This document shows positions 32,029 through 41,198 of a stretch of 64,000 nucleotides of DNA, one piece after another. The translations under genes and the position numbers were made by a program. The number at the start of each line of letters is the position of its first letter. The first letter of the stretch is position 1. Source of the stretch: Candidatus Effluviviaceae Genus I sp. (GTDB lineage: Bacteria; Joyebacterota; Joyebacteria; Joyebacterales; Joyebacteraceae); NCBI GenBank assembly GCA_016867725.1, contig VGIX01000001.1, forward strand, positions 25,852 through 89,851, read 5' to 3'. A model generated the notes under the pieces. The model was not told where the DNA came from, did no database searches, and saw nothing but the letters and a program-made list of their open reading frames with translations.

Positions 32029-33066
32029 CTACAGGCGGCGGACGCCCTCGCGGAAGGCCCTCCACCCCCACGACAGCCCGGCCTCGAACTGCCAGTCGGG
32101 GTACGCCTCGAGGGGGTCGAACCCGGGCGTGCTCGGGTCGTCACCCGACAGGCCGACCGTCAGCGCGCCCGTCGCCGACCACGCCCCGTGCCGGACGCGC
32201 ACGCCCTGTGTCAACGCCAGCGGGTTCTCCGTGAGCGCGACGAGCCCGCGGTCGACCAGCACGTCGCCGCGGAACTCCGTGAAGAGCGAGACGCGCCGCC
32301 CCGGGAACTCGACGGCCGCGCGCAGGAGAACAGCGTCGTTGTCGCCCGCCGCTCCGCCCTCCGGAACCGCCGGATACGCGCCCGGGAAGACGCGCCTCCC
32401 CCTGTCGTCGCTTCCGTGGAACGCCCACCCGACGTTGACGTGGACCCGCGCGGGGAACGGCGAGGTGAGATCGACCGTCGCGAGCGCCATCGCCGACGCG
32501 TCGACGCTGCCGCCGCCGAGCGGCACGCGCTCTCCGCCCCCGGCGTCAAGGACGAGCTCGTCCGCGAGCGGCAGCTCGACGCGCCCAGCGACCGCCACGA
32601 GGAGCCACGGCGGTCCGACGGGAAGTCCGACCTTGACGCTCGCCGCGGGATTCGCAAGCCCCGAGGCGCTGTGGTCGCCGAGCGCCGCGGACAGGATCGA
32701 GGCATCCGCCGCGACCTCGAGCCAGCGCGTGACACCGACGCTCCCGGCCAGGCGTACGGAGCGGACGCGTCCATGCGCGCCGCCGGGGACGCCCGAGAGC
32801 GCGTACAGGTCGCAGGTGGTCGCGGTGAGCGAGACGGAGACCAGGCCTCGAGGCATGGTCTCGGCGGAGTGGGCCTGCAGGAGCCCGACGCCGCCCTCGG
32901 CCGACGCGCCGAACCACGCCGAGGCGGAGGCCGCGACGGGCGCCGAGGCCGCGAGGACCGCGGCCAGCGCCGCCACTCCCCTCGGGACGCGGCGCGGATG
33001 ATCCGGTGCCGTGTGACGGGCCACTGCCCCCCCCTCGAGCGACGTGCGACGCGGGCAGGCTACCAT
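32029..33066 (-). CDS. Hypothetical outer-membrane beta-barrel protein
   Basis: 345-aa GC3-rich ORF with a signal-peptide-like RGVAALAAVLAASAPVAASASA and alternating strand pattern. No family recognised. Start uncertain. Confidence 0.45.
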   Translation of the reverse strand: MVACPRRTSLEGGAVARHTAPDHPRRVPRGVAALAAVLAASAPVAASASAWFGASAEGGVGLLQAHSAETMPRGLVSVSLTATTCDLYALSGVPGGAHGRVRSVRLAGSVGVTRWLEVAADASILSAALGDHSASGLANPAASVKVGLPVGPPWLLVAVAGRVELPLADELVLDAGGGERVPLGGGSVDASAMALATVDLTSPFPARVHVNVGWAFHGSDDRGRRVFPGAYPAVPEGGAAGDNDAVLLRAAVEFPGRRVSLFTEFRGDVLVDRGLVALTENPLALTQGVRVRHGAWSATGALTVGLSGDDPSTPGFDPLEAYPDWQFEAGLSWGWRAFREGVRRL

Positions 33067-33137
33067 ACGCAGAGGCCGCGCTCAACGGCTCGATGGCCGG
33101 CCGGCGGCGCGCGGCGCGCGTCCGGCGAGATGAGCGG

Positions 33138-33167
33138 TTGCGGAAGTGCCCCGCAGTCGTCTATACT
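33138..33167 (+). promoter_or_regulatory. Promoter of the GH13 gene
   Basis: TTGCGG-aagtgccccgcagtcgtc-TATACT (18-nt spacer), about 100 nt upstream of ATG 33272. Confidence 0.5.
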
Positions 33168-33271
33168 GGTCAACAGAGAGGGTTGAGCCGCCCCGCGACG
33201 CGGGCGCGCCGGTCGCCGGCCGCGGCCGAGGGGGCGGAAGAGCGCGGTACACACTCGGACCGGAGTCAAGT

Positions 33272-35770
33272 ATGCGCAGGAGACCAGCGGTGAGCCATCA
33301 CAGCGTTCCGTGGGTCCTTCTCGCGACCCTCCTCGCGACCGCCGTCGCGGCTTCGGCCGCGGGGCCGGACAACAACGTCGAGTGGAACGGCGTGTCGCAC
33401 ATGCCGTGGCTCGACCGCTCCCCTCGCTGCCCCGTGGACGGCCAGTCGTTCTCCGTGAGCTTCCAGGCCTTCGCCGACGACCTCACGTCCGCCCGCGTCC
33501 GCGTCGACGCCGGTGGCGTCACGTGGGTGAGCGCCACAGGGACAGCGGGACGCCGGCCGTACGACGTCTGGACCGCCCAGGTCCCCGCCACGGCCCAGAC
33601 GCAGCTCTCCTACTACTTCGAGCTCACCGACGGAACCGACGTCGACTACCTCGGCCCGGCGGGCATGTCCGACGGACCCCCGCCGAGCGGGTTCGTCATC
33701 GACTTCACGACCTACTCCCACGCGCCGGTGGGCGCGACGCCGATTCCCGGCGGCGGCGCCGTCTTCCGCGTGTGGTCGCCCGACCGCACGATCGCGCACG
33801 TGCGGGGTCAGTTCAACGGCTGGGGCACGAGCAACCCGATGGTGAAGACCGGCGAGTACTTCGCCGCCCGCGTGTCGTCCGCCACGCCCGGCCAGATGTA
33901 CAAGTACCACTTCCAGAACAGCCACTGGAACACCGACCCGCGCGCGCGGCGCCTCAACCCGTCCGACAACTACAACGCCTACGTCATCGACCCCGAGGCC
34001 TACGCGTGGCAGGTGGACGACTTCGAGGTCCCCTACTTCGAGGAAATGGTCGTCTACCAGCTGCACGTCGGGACGTTCGCGGGCAGGAACGACCCGTACG
34101 GTTCGGCCCCGTTCCCCTCGGGCTACCTGGACGTCGCGGCCCGCGCCGGGCACCTGGCCGAGCTGGGCGTGAACGTCGTCATGCTCATGCCCGTCACGGA
34201 GTTCCCCGGCGACCTCTCCGCCGGCTACAACCCGATCACCGCGTGGTCGCCCGAGTGGAAGTACGGGACGCCGGACAACCTCAAGGCGATGGTGGACGCG
34301 CTGCATCAGCACGGCATCGCCGTCATCCATGACATCGTCTGGAACCACTTCTCGATGACCGACAACTTCCTCTGGTACTACGACGGCACGCAGATCTACT
34401 TCGACACGCCGGCGGTGAGCACGCCGTGGGGCGACCAGGCGGACTTCGACCGCGGCGCCGTCCGCGACTACTTCGCCGAGAGCGCGTTCTCGTGGCTCGA
34501 CGAGTACCGCATGGACGGCTTCCGCATGGACGCCACGTCGTACATGAACATCCCGCCGCAGGAGGCCTCCGGCTGGAGCCTCATGCAGCGCCTGAACGAC
34601 GAGATGGACCGGCGCGCCATCGACAAGATCTGCATCGCCGAGCAGCTCCCCGACAACGCGTGGGTCACGCGCCCGACGTCGCTCGGCGGGGCCGGGTTCG
34701 ACTCGCAGTACTACGACGAGTTCACCGACCGGCTCCGCGAGGAGATCTTCGACGCGGCCTACGGCGACCCCGAAATGTGGAAGATCCGGAACATCGTCTA
34801 CGGCGGCGGCGAGTACCTCTCGGGCCGCTACGTGGTGAACTACGTCGAGCTGCACGACGAGGTCTGGCCGTCGAGCGGCGGCCAGCGGATCGTGAGGACG
34901 ATCGACACGACCTTCCCGCACGACGACGTCTACGCGCGCGGCCGCGCGAAGCTCGCGCAGGGCCTCGTGCTCACGGCGCCGGGCATCCCGGCGATCTTCA
35001 TGGGCTCGGAGTGGCTCGAGGACACGAGTTTCGGCACGGACATCGGCAACCGCATCGACTGGTCGAAGAAGACGACGTACGCGGGCATCTTCGACTACTT
35101 CCGCGACGTCATCGCGCTCAGAAGGACGATCCGCGCGCTGCGCGCCGACGCGGGCGTGCAGGTGTTCCATCTCAATGAAGGCGGGAACGTGCTCGCCTTC
35201 CAGCGGTACGACGGCGTCGGCGGGCTCGTCGTGGTCGTCGCGAACTTCTCGAACAACGACTACCCGTCGTACCGCGTGGGCCTGCCGGACGGCGGCGCCT
35301 GGACGGAACTCGCCAACAGCCAGGACGCGCAGTACGGCGGAAGCGGCATGACCAATCCCGGGCTCCTGTGGGCGGAGTCCGTCCCGTACGACGGCTTCGG
35401 CCGGTCCGTGAGCATCGGCGTGCCCGCGATGGGACTCATCGTCCTGGCCAACGGGGCCGCGACCGGTGTCCCAAACGCAGGGCCTGCCGCCGCCTCGCTC
35501 GGGCTTCACCTGCCGTTCCCGAATCCCTCGCCGGCCGGGCTCAGGATCGCCTTCGACCTGACCGCGCCGGCGCCGGCGCGCATCGCGGTGTACGACGTCG
35601 CGGGCCGACTCGTCCGCGTCGTGGCTGAGCGTGAGTGCGCGGCCGGCACGACCGAGATCGCGTGGGACGGCAGGAACGACGCCGGCCAGAGCGTCGCAGC
35701 GGGCGTCTACATCGTCAGGGTCGAGTCGGGGAAGGCCGCCGCCGTCCGGAAGGCCGTCCTGCTCCGCTAA
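33272..35770 (+). CDS. Secreted glycoside hydrolase family 13 alpha-glucan enzyme (N-domain + CBM48-like + catalytic) with a T9SS C-terminal sorting domain
   Basis: Track ORF 33146..35770. The likely start is ATG 33272: MRRRPAVSHHSVPWVLLATLLATAVAASAAG (signal peptide). GH13 regions are present: I HDIVWNHF, II GFRMDATSYM, III IAEQLPD, IV YVELHDEV. An E-set/CBM48-like GAVFRVWSPDRTIAHVRGQFNGW is also present. The C-terminus LHLPFPNPSPAGLRIAFDL...IAVYDVAGRLV...WDGRNDAGQSVAAGVYIVRV fits a CTD. Confidence 0.85.
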   Translation: MRRRPAVSHHSVPWVLLATLLATAVAASAAGPDNNVEWNGVSHMPWLDRSPRCPVDGQSFSVSFQAFADDLTSARVRVDAGGVTWVSATGTAGRRPYDVWTAQVPATAQTQLSYYFELTDGTDVDYLGPAGMSDGPPPSGFVIDFTTYSHAPVGATPIPGGGAVFRVWSPDRTIAHVRGQFNGWGTSNPMVKTGEYFAARVSSATPGQMYKYHFQNSHWNTDPRARRLNPSDNYNAYVIDPEAYAWQVDDFEVPYFEEMVVYQLHVGTFAGRNDPYGSAPFPSGYLDVAARAGHLAELGVNVVMLMPVTEFPGDLSAGYNPITAWSPEWKYGTPDNLKAMVDALHQHGIAVIHDIVWNHFSMTDNFLWYYDGTQIYFDTPAVSTPWGDQADFDRGAVRDYFAESAFSWLDEYRMDGFRMDATSYMNIPPQEASGWSLMQRLNDEMDRRAIDKICIAEQLPDNAWVTRPTSLGGAGFDSQYYDEFTDRLREEIFDAAYGDPEMWKIRNIVYGGGEYLSGRYVVNYVELHDEVWPSSGGQRIVRTIDTTFPHDDVYARGRAKLAQGLVLTAPGIPAIFMGSEWLEDTSFGTDIGNRIDWSKKTTYAGIFDYFRDVIALRRTIRALRADAGVQVFHLNEGGNVLAFQRYDGVGGLVVVVANFSNNDYPSYRVGLPDGGAWTELANSQDAQYGGSGMTNPGLLWAESVPYDGFGRSVSIGVPAMGLIVLANGAATGVPNAGPAAASLGLHLPFPNPSPAGLRIAFDLTAPAPARIAVYDVAGRLVRVVAERECAAGTTEIAWDGRNDAGQSVAAGVYIVRVESGKAAAVRKAVLLR

Positions 35771-35814
35771 GACCGGGGCGGCGCGCCTCGTGCGGGCCGG
35801 CCCGGAGCAGTGGG

Positions 35815-38019
35815 TCACTCAGGCAACACCTCGAGCCGTCCGAAGCGGACCATGATCCGCTTCTCGACGCCGTCGTCGAAGCGGACCCGCACGACCGAGT
35901 CAAGCCCCCCGCCCGAGACGTCCACGATCACGCCCTCGCCGAAGCTCGGATGCCGCACGCGCGTGCCGCGCCCGATCTCGGGGACGTCCTGCGAGTAGTC
36001 CTCGTACGCCGGCGCCGCGCGGCGGCGCTCCCGGACCAGCCCCGGCGCGCGCCGCGCCCTCTCGGGGAACCGGACCGCTCCGACCGACGATGAGACCTCG
36101 AGGCGGCCTCTCCCGATCTCGCCGACGAACCTCGACGGGCACGCGCAGTTGAGCACGCCGGCGCGCCGCCTGGTGTCTGCGGCGAGAAGGTGGAGCTCGT
36201 CCTTCGCCCGCGTCATGCCCACGTAGAAGAGGCGCCGCTCCTCCTCGAGCTCCTCGTCGTCCTCGAGCGCCGACGCGTGCGGGAGGAGCCCCTCCTCGAG
36301 ACCCGGGATGAGCACGACGGTGAACTCGAGCCCCTTGGCGTTGTGGAGCGTCATGAGCGACACCGCGTTCGCGCGATCCTCCCAGAGGTCGATGTCGCTC
36401 ACGAGGGACACCTGCTCCAGAAACGCCGCCGCGCCCGTCTCCCCCGAGGTCTCCACGAACTCGCCCGCCGCCGAGACGAGCTCCTCGACGTTCGCAAGCC
36501 GCTCCCTCGCCTCGTCCGTCGCCTGCCGCTCGAGCCACGCGCGGTACCCGGCGCCGTCGAGGACCTCGCGGAGGAGCTCGTCCGTGCGCCCCCCCTCGGC
36601 GGCCTTCGCCGCGAGACGCGAGAGGAGGCCCGACAGGTCGCCCAGCGCCTTGCGCGACGCGGCGACGACGTCGTCCGCTCCCTCGGGGTCCGAAAGCGCC
36701 GCAAGGAGCGACACGCCCCTCGCGGCGGCGAGCGCGTCGAGCTTCTCGACGGTGCGCTCGCCGATGCGCCTCGGCGGCGTGTTCACGATGCGCCTTAGGC
36801 TCACCGAGTCCGCGGGGTTCACGATCACCTTGAGGTACGCGAGCAGGTCCTTCACCTCCGCCCGCTCGTAGAACCTCACGCCGCCGACGATGTCGTAGAC
36901 GATCCCCGCGCGCCGGAGGCTGTCCTCGATGACGCGCGACTGAGCGTGCGTCCGGTAGAGCACGGCAACGTCGTGATACGAGAGCCCGCGCGAGCCGACG
37001 GCGTCGAGGACGGCGTCCCTGACGGCGTCGGCCTCCTCGTACTCGCTCGCGACGCGGTGGAGGGCTACGGGCCGCCCCTCCGGGCGCTCCGTCCAGAGCT
37101 TCTTGTCCTTCCGCCGCTCGTTCCGGCTCACGACGTCATGAGCGGCCTCGATGATGCTCTTCGTGGACCGGTAGTTCTGCTCGAGCCTGAGCACGACCGC
37201 GTCAGGGTGGTCCTTCTCGAAGTCGAGGATGTTCGTGATGTCGGCCCCTCGCCAGCCGTAGATGGACTGGTCGTCGTCTCCCACGACGCAGATGTTGCGG
37301 TGGCGCGAGGAGACGAGGTTCACGAACGCGTACTGCGCGTGGCTCGTGTCCTGGTACTCGTCCACGAGCACGTGTTCGAACCGGTCCGCGTAGGCATCGA
37401 GCACGGGCGGGCTCCCGCGCAGAAGCTCGACGGCGCGCATGATGAGGTCATCGAAGTCGAGCGCGTTGTTCTGCCTCAGGCGCCGCTCGTACTCGGCGTA
37501 CACCTTCGCGACGCACTCGCCGAAGTAGCCCTCGGCCCCGTCGAGGTAGCCCGCCGCCGTGACCAGCCTGTCCTTGGCCCGCGAGATCCCGCTCAGGATC
37601 GCCCTGGGGGCGAAGCTCGACGCCGGGACCCCCGCGCGCTCCATGCACTCCTTCACGAGGTCCGTCTGGTCGCGCTCGTCGTAGATGGTGAACGAGGGCG
37701 TCCACCATCCCCACCGGGCCTCGCGCCGGAGCATCCGAGCGCAGATGGAGTGAAACGTGCCGATCCACGTCGCGCCCGCGTCGCGGCCGACGAGCTCCAC
37801 GACGCGCCGCTTCATCTCCCCCGCTGCCTTGTTGGTGAACGTGACCGCGAGGATGCGAAGCGGGCTTACGCCCCGTTCGGCGATGAGCCACGCGATGCGG
37901 TGCGTGAGCACGCGCGTCTTCCCGCTGCCGGCGCCCGCCAGCAGGAGAAGCGGCCCGCCCGGATGGCGGACCGCGCGCTCCTGTGCGGGGTTGAGACAAC
38001 TCTCCCGGAGACTCGTCAG
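35815..38019 (-). CDS. uvrD: ATP-dependent DNA helicase UvrD/PcrA; probable CTG start
   Basis: The track ORF (35815..37911) starts at an internal GTG just after the Walker A motif. The open frame continues upstream as LTSLRESCLNPAQERAVRHPGGPLLLLAGAGSGKTR-V-LTHRIAWLI, the canonical UvrD N-terminus, and contains no ATG/GTG/TTG. CTG 38019 has GGGAGG 7 nt upstream. Confidence 0.85.
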   Translation of the reverse strand: MTSLRESCLNPAQERAVRHPGGPLLLLAGAGSGKTRVLTHRIAWLIAERGVSPLRILAVTFTNKAAGEMKRRVVELVGRDAGATWIGTFHSICARMLRREARWGWWTPSFTIYDERDQTDLVKECMERAGVPASSFAPRAILSGISRAKDRLVTAAGYLDGAEGYFGECVAKVYAEYERRLRQNNALDFDDLIMRAVELLRGSPPVLDAYADRFEHVLVDEYQDTSHAQYAFVNLVSSRHRNICVVGDDDQSIYGWRGADITNILDFEKDHPDAVVLRLEQNYRSTKSIIEAAHDVVSRNERRKDKKLWTERPEGRPVALHRVASEYEEADAVRDAVLDAVGSRGLSYHDVAVLYRTHAQSRVIEDSLRRAGIVYDIVGGVRFYERAEVKDLLAYLKVIVNPADSVSLRRIVNTPPRRIGERTVEKLDALAAARGVSLLAALSDPEGADDVVAASRKALGDLSGLLSRLAAKAAEGGRTDELLREVLDGAGYRAWLERQATDEARERLANVEELVSAAGEFVETSGETGAAAFLEQVSLVSDIDLWEDRANAVSLMTLHNAKGLEFTVVLIPGLEEGLLPHASALEDDEELEEERRLFYVGMTRAKDELHLLAADTRRRAGVLNCACPSRFVGEIGRGRLEVSSSVGAVRFPERARRAPGLVRERRRAAPAYEDYSQDVPEIGRGTRVRHPSFGEGVIVDVSGGGLDSVVRVRFDDGVEKRIMVRFGRLEVLPE

Positions 38020-38044
38020 ACGCCGACCTCCCGTCCGCGGGGCC

Positions 38045-41000
38045 CTAGAACTCCGCGCCGAGCGCGAAGTGCGTGCGCGCCCCGCCGGTCGTGCGGAGGT
38101 CGGTCCGCCACGCGCGGTCCAGTCGGAGCACGAGGAAGGACAGCCGCATGCGGGCGCCCACGCCGTAGGACGCCTTGATGTCGTGGAGCCGCGCGCCGCC
38201 GTTCCGGACGGCGCCTCGGAAGTCGTCGCCGTTCCACGCCGCGCCCGCGTCGAAGAACGCGACGCCGCGCAGGCCCCAGAGCGCGAACGGGATCGGCGAG
38301 GCGACCTCGAGACGGTCGATGAACGGCGCCCGCCACTCGACGCTCGCGAGCGCGATGTGATGGCCGTGGAACTCGAAGTCGTCGTAGCCGCGGATCGAGT
38401 TCACGCCGCCGACGTAGAAGTTCTGCGCGTCGCGCTGCGAGCTCCGCGCGCCGAGGACCCGAAGGGCGAGCGCGTGACGGGTGCCGAGGCGGACGTATCT
38501 GCGCACGTCGGCGATCACGGTGAGATACGTGAAGTCCCCGCCCGTCTCCCACGCCTTCGACAGCGACAGCGACGAGCGGCCTCCCGCCAGCGGCCCCACG
38601 CTCCCCCAGAGCGTCGTGTCGTTCACGAGCCTCACGCCCGGCAGGAAGAGCGATCGGGTGATCTCCTCGTCCGTGAACTCCACGTCGCCGCTCTCGTTCT
38701 CCTCCGCGAACTCCCGGTCGAGCGTGAGCGCGGACACGCCGAGCTCGACGCGCGTGAACTTCGTGAACGGATACGACAGGCCGAGCGACACGCCGTAGCT
38801 CCGCTCGCTGAAGAAGCGCTTCTCGCCAAGGTCCTCGCCGAGCCGCGTCCGGTCGGAGTAGTAGTACTCCTTATAGTTGTAGACGCCGACGGAGTAGGTC
38901 GCGCGCCGGCCGAGGGCCTCGTAGAGCACGTAGAAGTTGCTCGACTCGATGCTCGAGAAGAAGTCCGTCGCGACGTAGAACCTGTGGTTGCCCAGGACGT
39001 CGCTCACGACGATCTCGGCCGCGCCGGCGAAGCCGTATCCGGAGGTGTACGCGAAGGCGCCGCTCACCCAGTCCGGGGAGAAGCGCGTCCTGTACGGCTC
39101 GACCGCGCCGGGCGTGCGCGTCGTCTCAGGCTTGCCGCCGTCGCGCGGCGCCGTGGCGGCGCCGAACTCCTCGCGCACGCGCCGCAACGTCTCGCTCTCG
39201 GCTGCGGGCGTGTCCTCGGGCGGCTCCGCCCCGGTCGCGTCCGCGAGCGAGTCCGGCGCGGCGGGCTCCTCCTCCGCGGCCTCCGAAGGCGGCGCGGGCG
39301 GTCCTTCCGCAAGCCGCGCCGCGGCGGTGTCGGGCCTCCCGACGGCCGGCCCCCAGCCGTGCCGCGCGATGTCGTCGGCGAGGCGCTCGATCGGGTCCTT
39401 GACGACCGCGATGTCCCAGCCGCCCTCGCCGTAGAGGGAGAAGGCGAGCCAGTCGGCCCGAAGCCCCCAGCTCGGCGCCGAGGCGCCACCGATGAGGTTC
39501 GTCAGGCGGGCGCACAGCGACTCCGCGAGGTCGGCGACGAAGAGGTCGGGCGAGCCGTCGCGGTCCGACTCGAAGATCAGGCGGGCGCCGTCCGGCGACC
39601 AGGCGGGCGCCGCCTCGTTGCCCGGCGTCGAGACGAGGAGCGTCACCTTCCGCGTCTCGGGATCGATCGCATACAGGTCGTAGTCGCGGCGCGACCCGTG
39701 CCTGCCGGGCGAGTCGCGGTCCGACACGAACGCGATCCGCAGGCCGTCGTGCGACCACACCGGGTCCCGCTCGTCGTGGAAGTCGTCGGTGAGCTGGGCG
39801 AGCTCGGCGCCCTCCGCGTCGGTCACGTAGAGGTCCGAGGCGCCGCGCCGGATGCCGATGAACGCGATGCGCGAGCCGTCCGGCGACCACGCGGGCGTGT
39901 AGAGGCCGTCCAGCGGGAAGCGCAGGCTCCGGACGAGCCTGCCGGTCTCGGCGTTGATGATCTGGATGGCGTCGGTCGGCCCGGCCTTCGCGGCCAGACA
40001 CAGGAACCGCCCGTCGGGCGACCACGAGAAGCCGGTTCTGAGCACGTGGAGCGCCTCGAACTGGTCGGTGGTCTGCCCCCGCACGAGCCTCCTTTGGACC
40101 TTGCCGTCGAGGGTCGACGCCACGTAGATGTCGGAGTACCCGCTCCGGTCCGAGACGTACGCGACCTGCATCCCGTCGGGGGACACCGCCGCGCCGAGGT
40201 TGAGATACGACCCGTCCCTCGCGTGGTCGGTCAGGGGCTTCGCGACGTCCACGCCGCGCCGGCGCGTCCCGACCTCGGGCCAGTAGCGCTCCCTGAGCCA
40301 GCGCTCCCACGCCTCCGAGAGCCCCCGAGTGTCGAGGCCGACGGACTCCTTGAGGGCGCGGTCCATGCTCCGGGTGCGCGCGAGGTGCCGGACGATCTCG
40401 GCGACCTTCTCGACGCCGTACCGCTCCGCCACGAACTGCAGCGCCGACTGGCCTTCCTTATAGACGAGATAGCCGCCGTAGAGCTGGTCGAGCGGCACGA
40501 CGATGTTGGAAACGGCGAGGTCCCGCAGGATCATCTCCGCCTCGGGGTCCCAGCCCTGCGACACGTGCTCCGCCAGCCCCTCCGTGAACCACAGGGGGAC
40601 CGGGTTCATGTAGGCCTGCCGCACGACCGACTCCACGAGCCCGCCGTACACGATGTCGAACATGAACACGTGCGCGAGCTCATGGTAGAGCACGTGCCTG
40701 AGATCGTGGTACGAGCCGGTGAAGGGGATGACGACGCGGTTCTTGAAGAGCTCGGTGAATCCCCCGACGCCCTCGCCGATGCTCGAGCCGATGACGTTCG
40801 TCTGCTGGAACTCGTTGTGGGACGCGTACGTGATGATGGGGATGACCGTGGAGAGCCTGTGGTCGAGCACGCGGCCGTACTGCGCGTTCGCCTCCTCGGC
40901 GATCTCGGCCACCGCCTCGGCGATGCCCTCGGAGCCCTCGTAGAAGTACACGTCGAAGTGCTCGGTGCGGAGGATCTGCCAGGAGAACGTGCGGTACTGG

Positions 41001-41122
41001 ACCTTGTTGCGCCCGAACTGCGCGGCCGCGGAGGGCAGGGCGCCGAGCGCCGCCGCGAGGAGCGCAAGCGCCATCGCAAAGGCCGCCCGCGCCATTCGTG
41101 TCCACCCCATGTGCTCTTCCAC
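38045..41122 (-). CDS. Gluzincin (peptidase MA-like) / TolB-type PD40 beta-propeller / Omp85-family beta-barrel fusion protein
   Basis: 1025 aa with signal peptide ...ALGALPSAAAQ. FGRNKVQY...HFDVYFY plus HELAH (aa 147-151) and EGLAE (aa 181-185) give an HExxH+E zinc site. PD40 repeats include AWSPDGSRIAF, VWSHDGLRIAFVSDRD and AWSPDGARLIFESDRDGSPDLF. A P/A/E-rich linker follows. The C-terminal ~380 aa is a barrel with GGVNSIRGYDDFEF (Omp85 loop-6 motif) and a terminal ...HFALGAEF. Confidence 0.85.
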   Translation of the reverse strand: MEEHMGWTRMARAAFAMALALLAAALGALPSAAAQFGRNKVQYRTFSWQILRTEHFDVYFYEGSEGIAEAVAEIAEEANAQYGRVLDHRLSTVIPIITYASHNEFQQTNVIGSSIGEGVGGFTELFKNRVVIPFTGSYHDLRHVLYHELAHVFMFDIVYGGLVESVVRQAYMNPVPLWFTEGLAEHVSQGWDPEAEMILRDLAVSNIVVPLDQLYGGYLVYKEGQSALQFVAERYGVEKVAEIVRHLARTRSMDRALKESVGLDTRGLSEAWERWLRERYWPEVGTRRRGVDVAKPLTDHARDGSYLNLGAAVSPDGMQVAYVSDRSGYSDIYVASTLDGKVQRRLVRGQTTDQFEALHVLRTGFSWSPDGRFLCLAAKAGPTDAIQIINAETGRLVRSLRFPLDGLYTPAWSPDGSRIAFIGIRRGASDLYVTDAEGAELAQLTDDFHDERDPVWSHDGLRIAFVSDRDSPGRHGSRRDYDLYAIDPETRKVTLLVSTPGNEAAPAWSPDGARLIFESDRDGSPDLFVADLAESLCARLTNLIGGASAPSWGLRADWLAFSLYGEGGWDIAVVKDPIERLADDIARHGWGPAVGRPDTAAARLAEGPPAPPSEAAEEEPAAPDSLADATGAEPPEDTPAAESETLRRVREEFGAATAPRDGGKPETTRTPGAVEPYRTRFSPDWVSGAFAYTSGYGFAGAAEIVVSDVLGNHRFYVATDFFSSIESSNFYVLYEALGRRATYSVGVYNYKEYYYSDRTRLGEDLGEKRFFSERSYGVSLGLSYPFTKFTRVELGVSALTLDREFAEENESGDVEFTDEEITRSLFLPGVRLVNDTTLWGSVGPLAGGRSSLSLSKAWETGGDFTYLTVIADVRRYVRLGTRHALALRVLGARSSQRDAQNFYVGGVNSIRGYDDFEFHGHHIALASVEWRAPFIDRLEVASPIPFALWGLRGVAFFDAGAAWNGDDFRGAVRNGGARLHDIKASYGVGARMRLSFLVLRLDRAWRTDLRTTGGARTHFALGAEF

Positions 41123-41160
41123 CCTGTTCCGACGCCGCGGCCCGGTGCTCCTCTTCCGCC

Positions 41161-41189
41161 ATCTTAGGCGTCGGCCGCGAGCCTGTCAA
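41161..41189 (-). promoter_or_regulatory. Promoter of the Omp85-fusion/uvrD unit
   Basis: The minus strand reads TTGACA-ggctcgcggccgacgcc-TAAGAT with a 17-nt spacer, about 30 nt upstream of GTG 41122. Confidence 0.6.
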
Positions 41190-41198
41190 CTCCACCGG

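Noticed and set aside
33266-35818. 850-aa minus-strand ORF opposite the GH13 gene.
   Set aside because: It is an antisense shadow. The plus strand carries GH13 regions I-IV and the CTD, while the minus-strand translation is R/G/V/D-rich with no motifs.
37757-41167. 1136-aa plus-strand ORF opposite the Omp85-fusion gene and the uvrD 5' end.
   Set aside because: It is an antisense shadow with the same composition argument, and the minus-strand genes have strong domain evidence.
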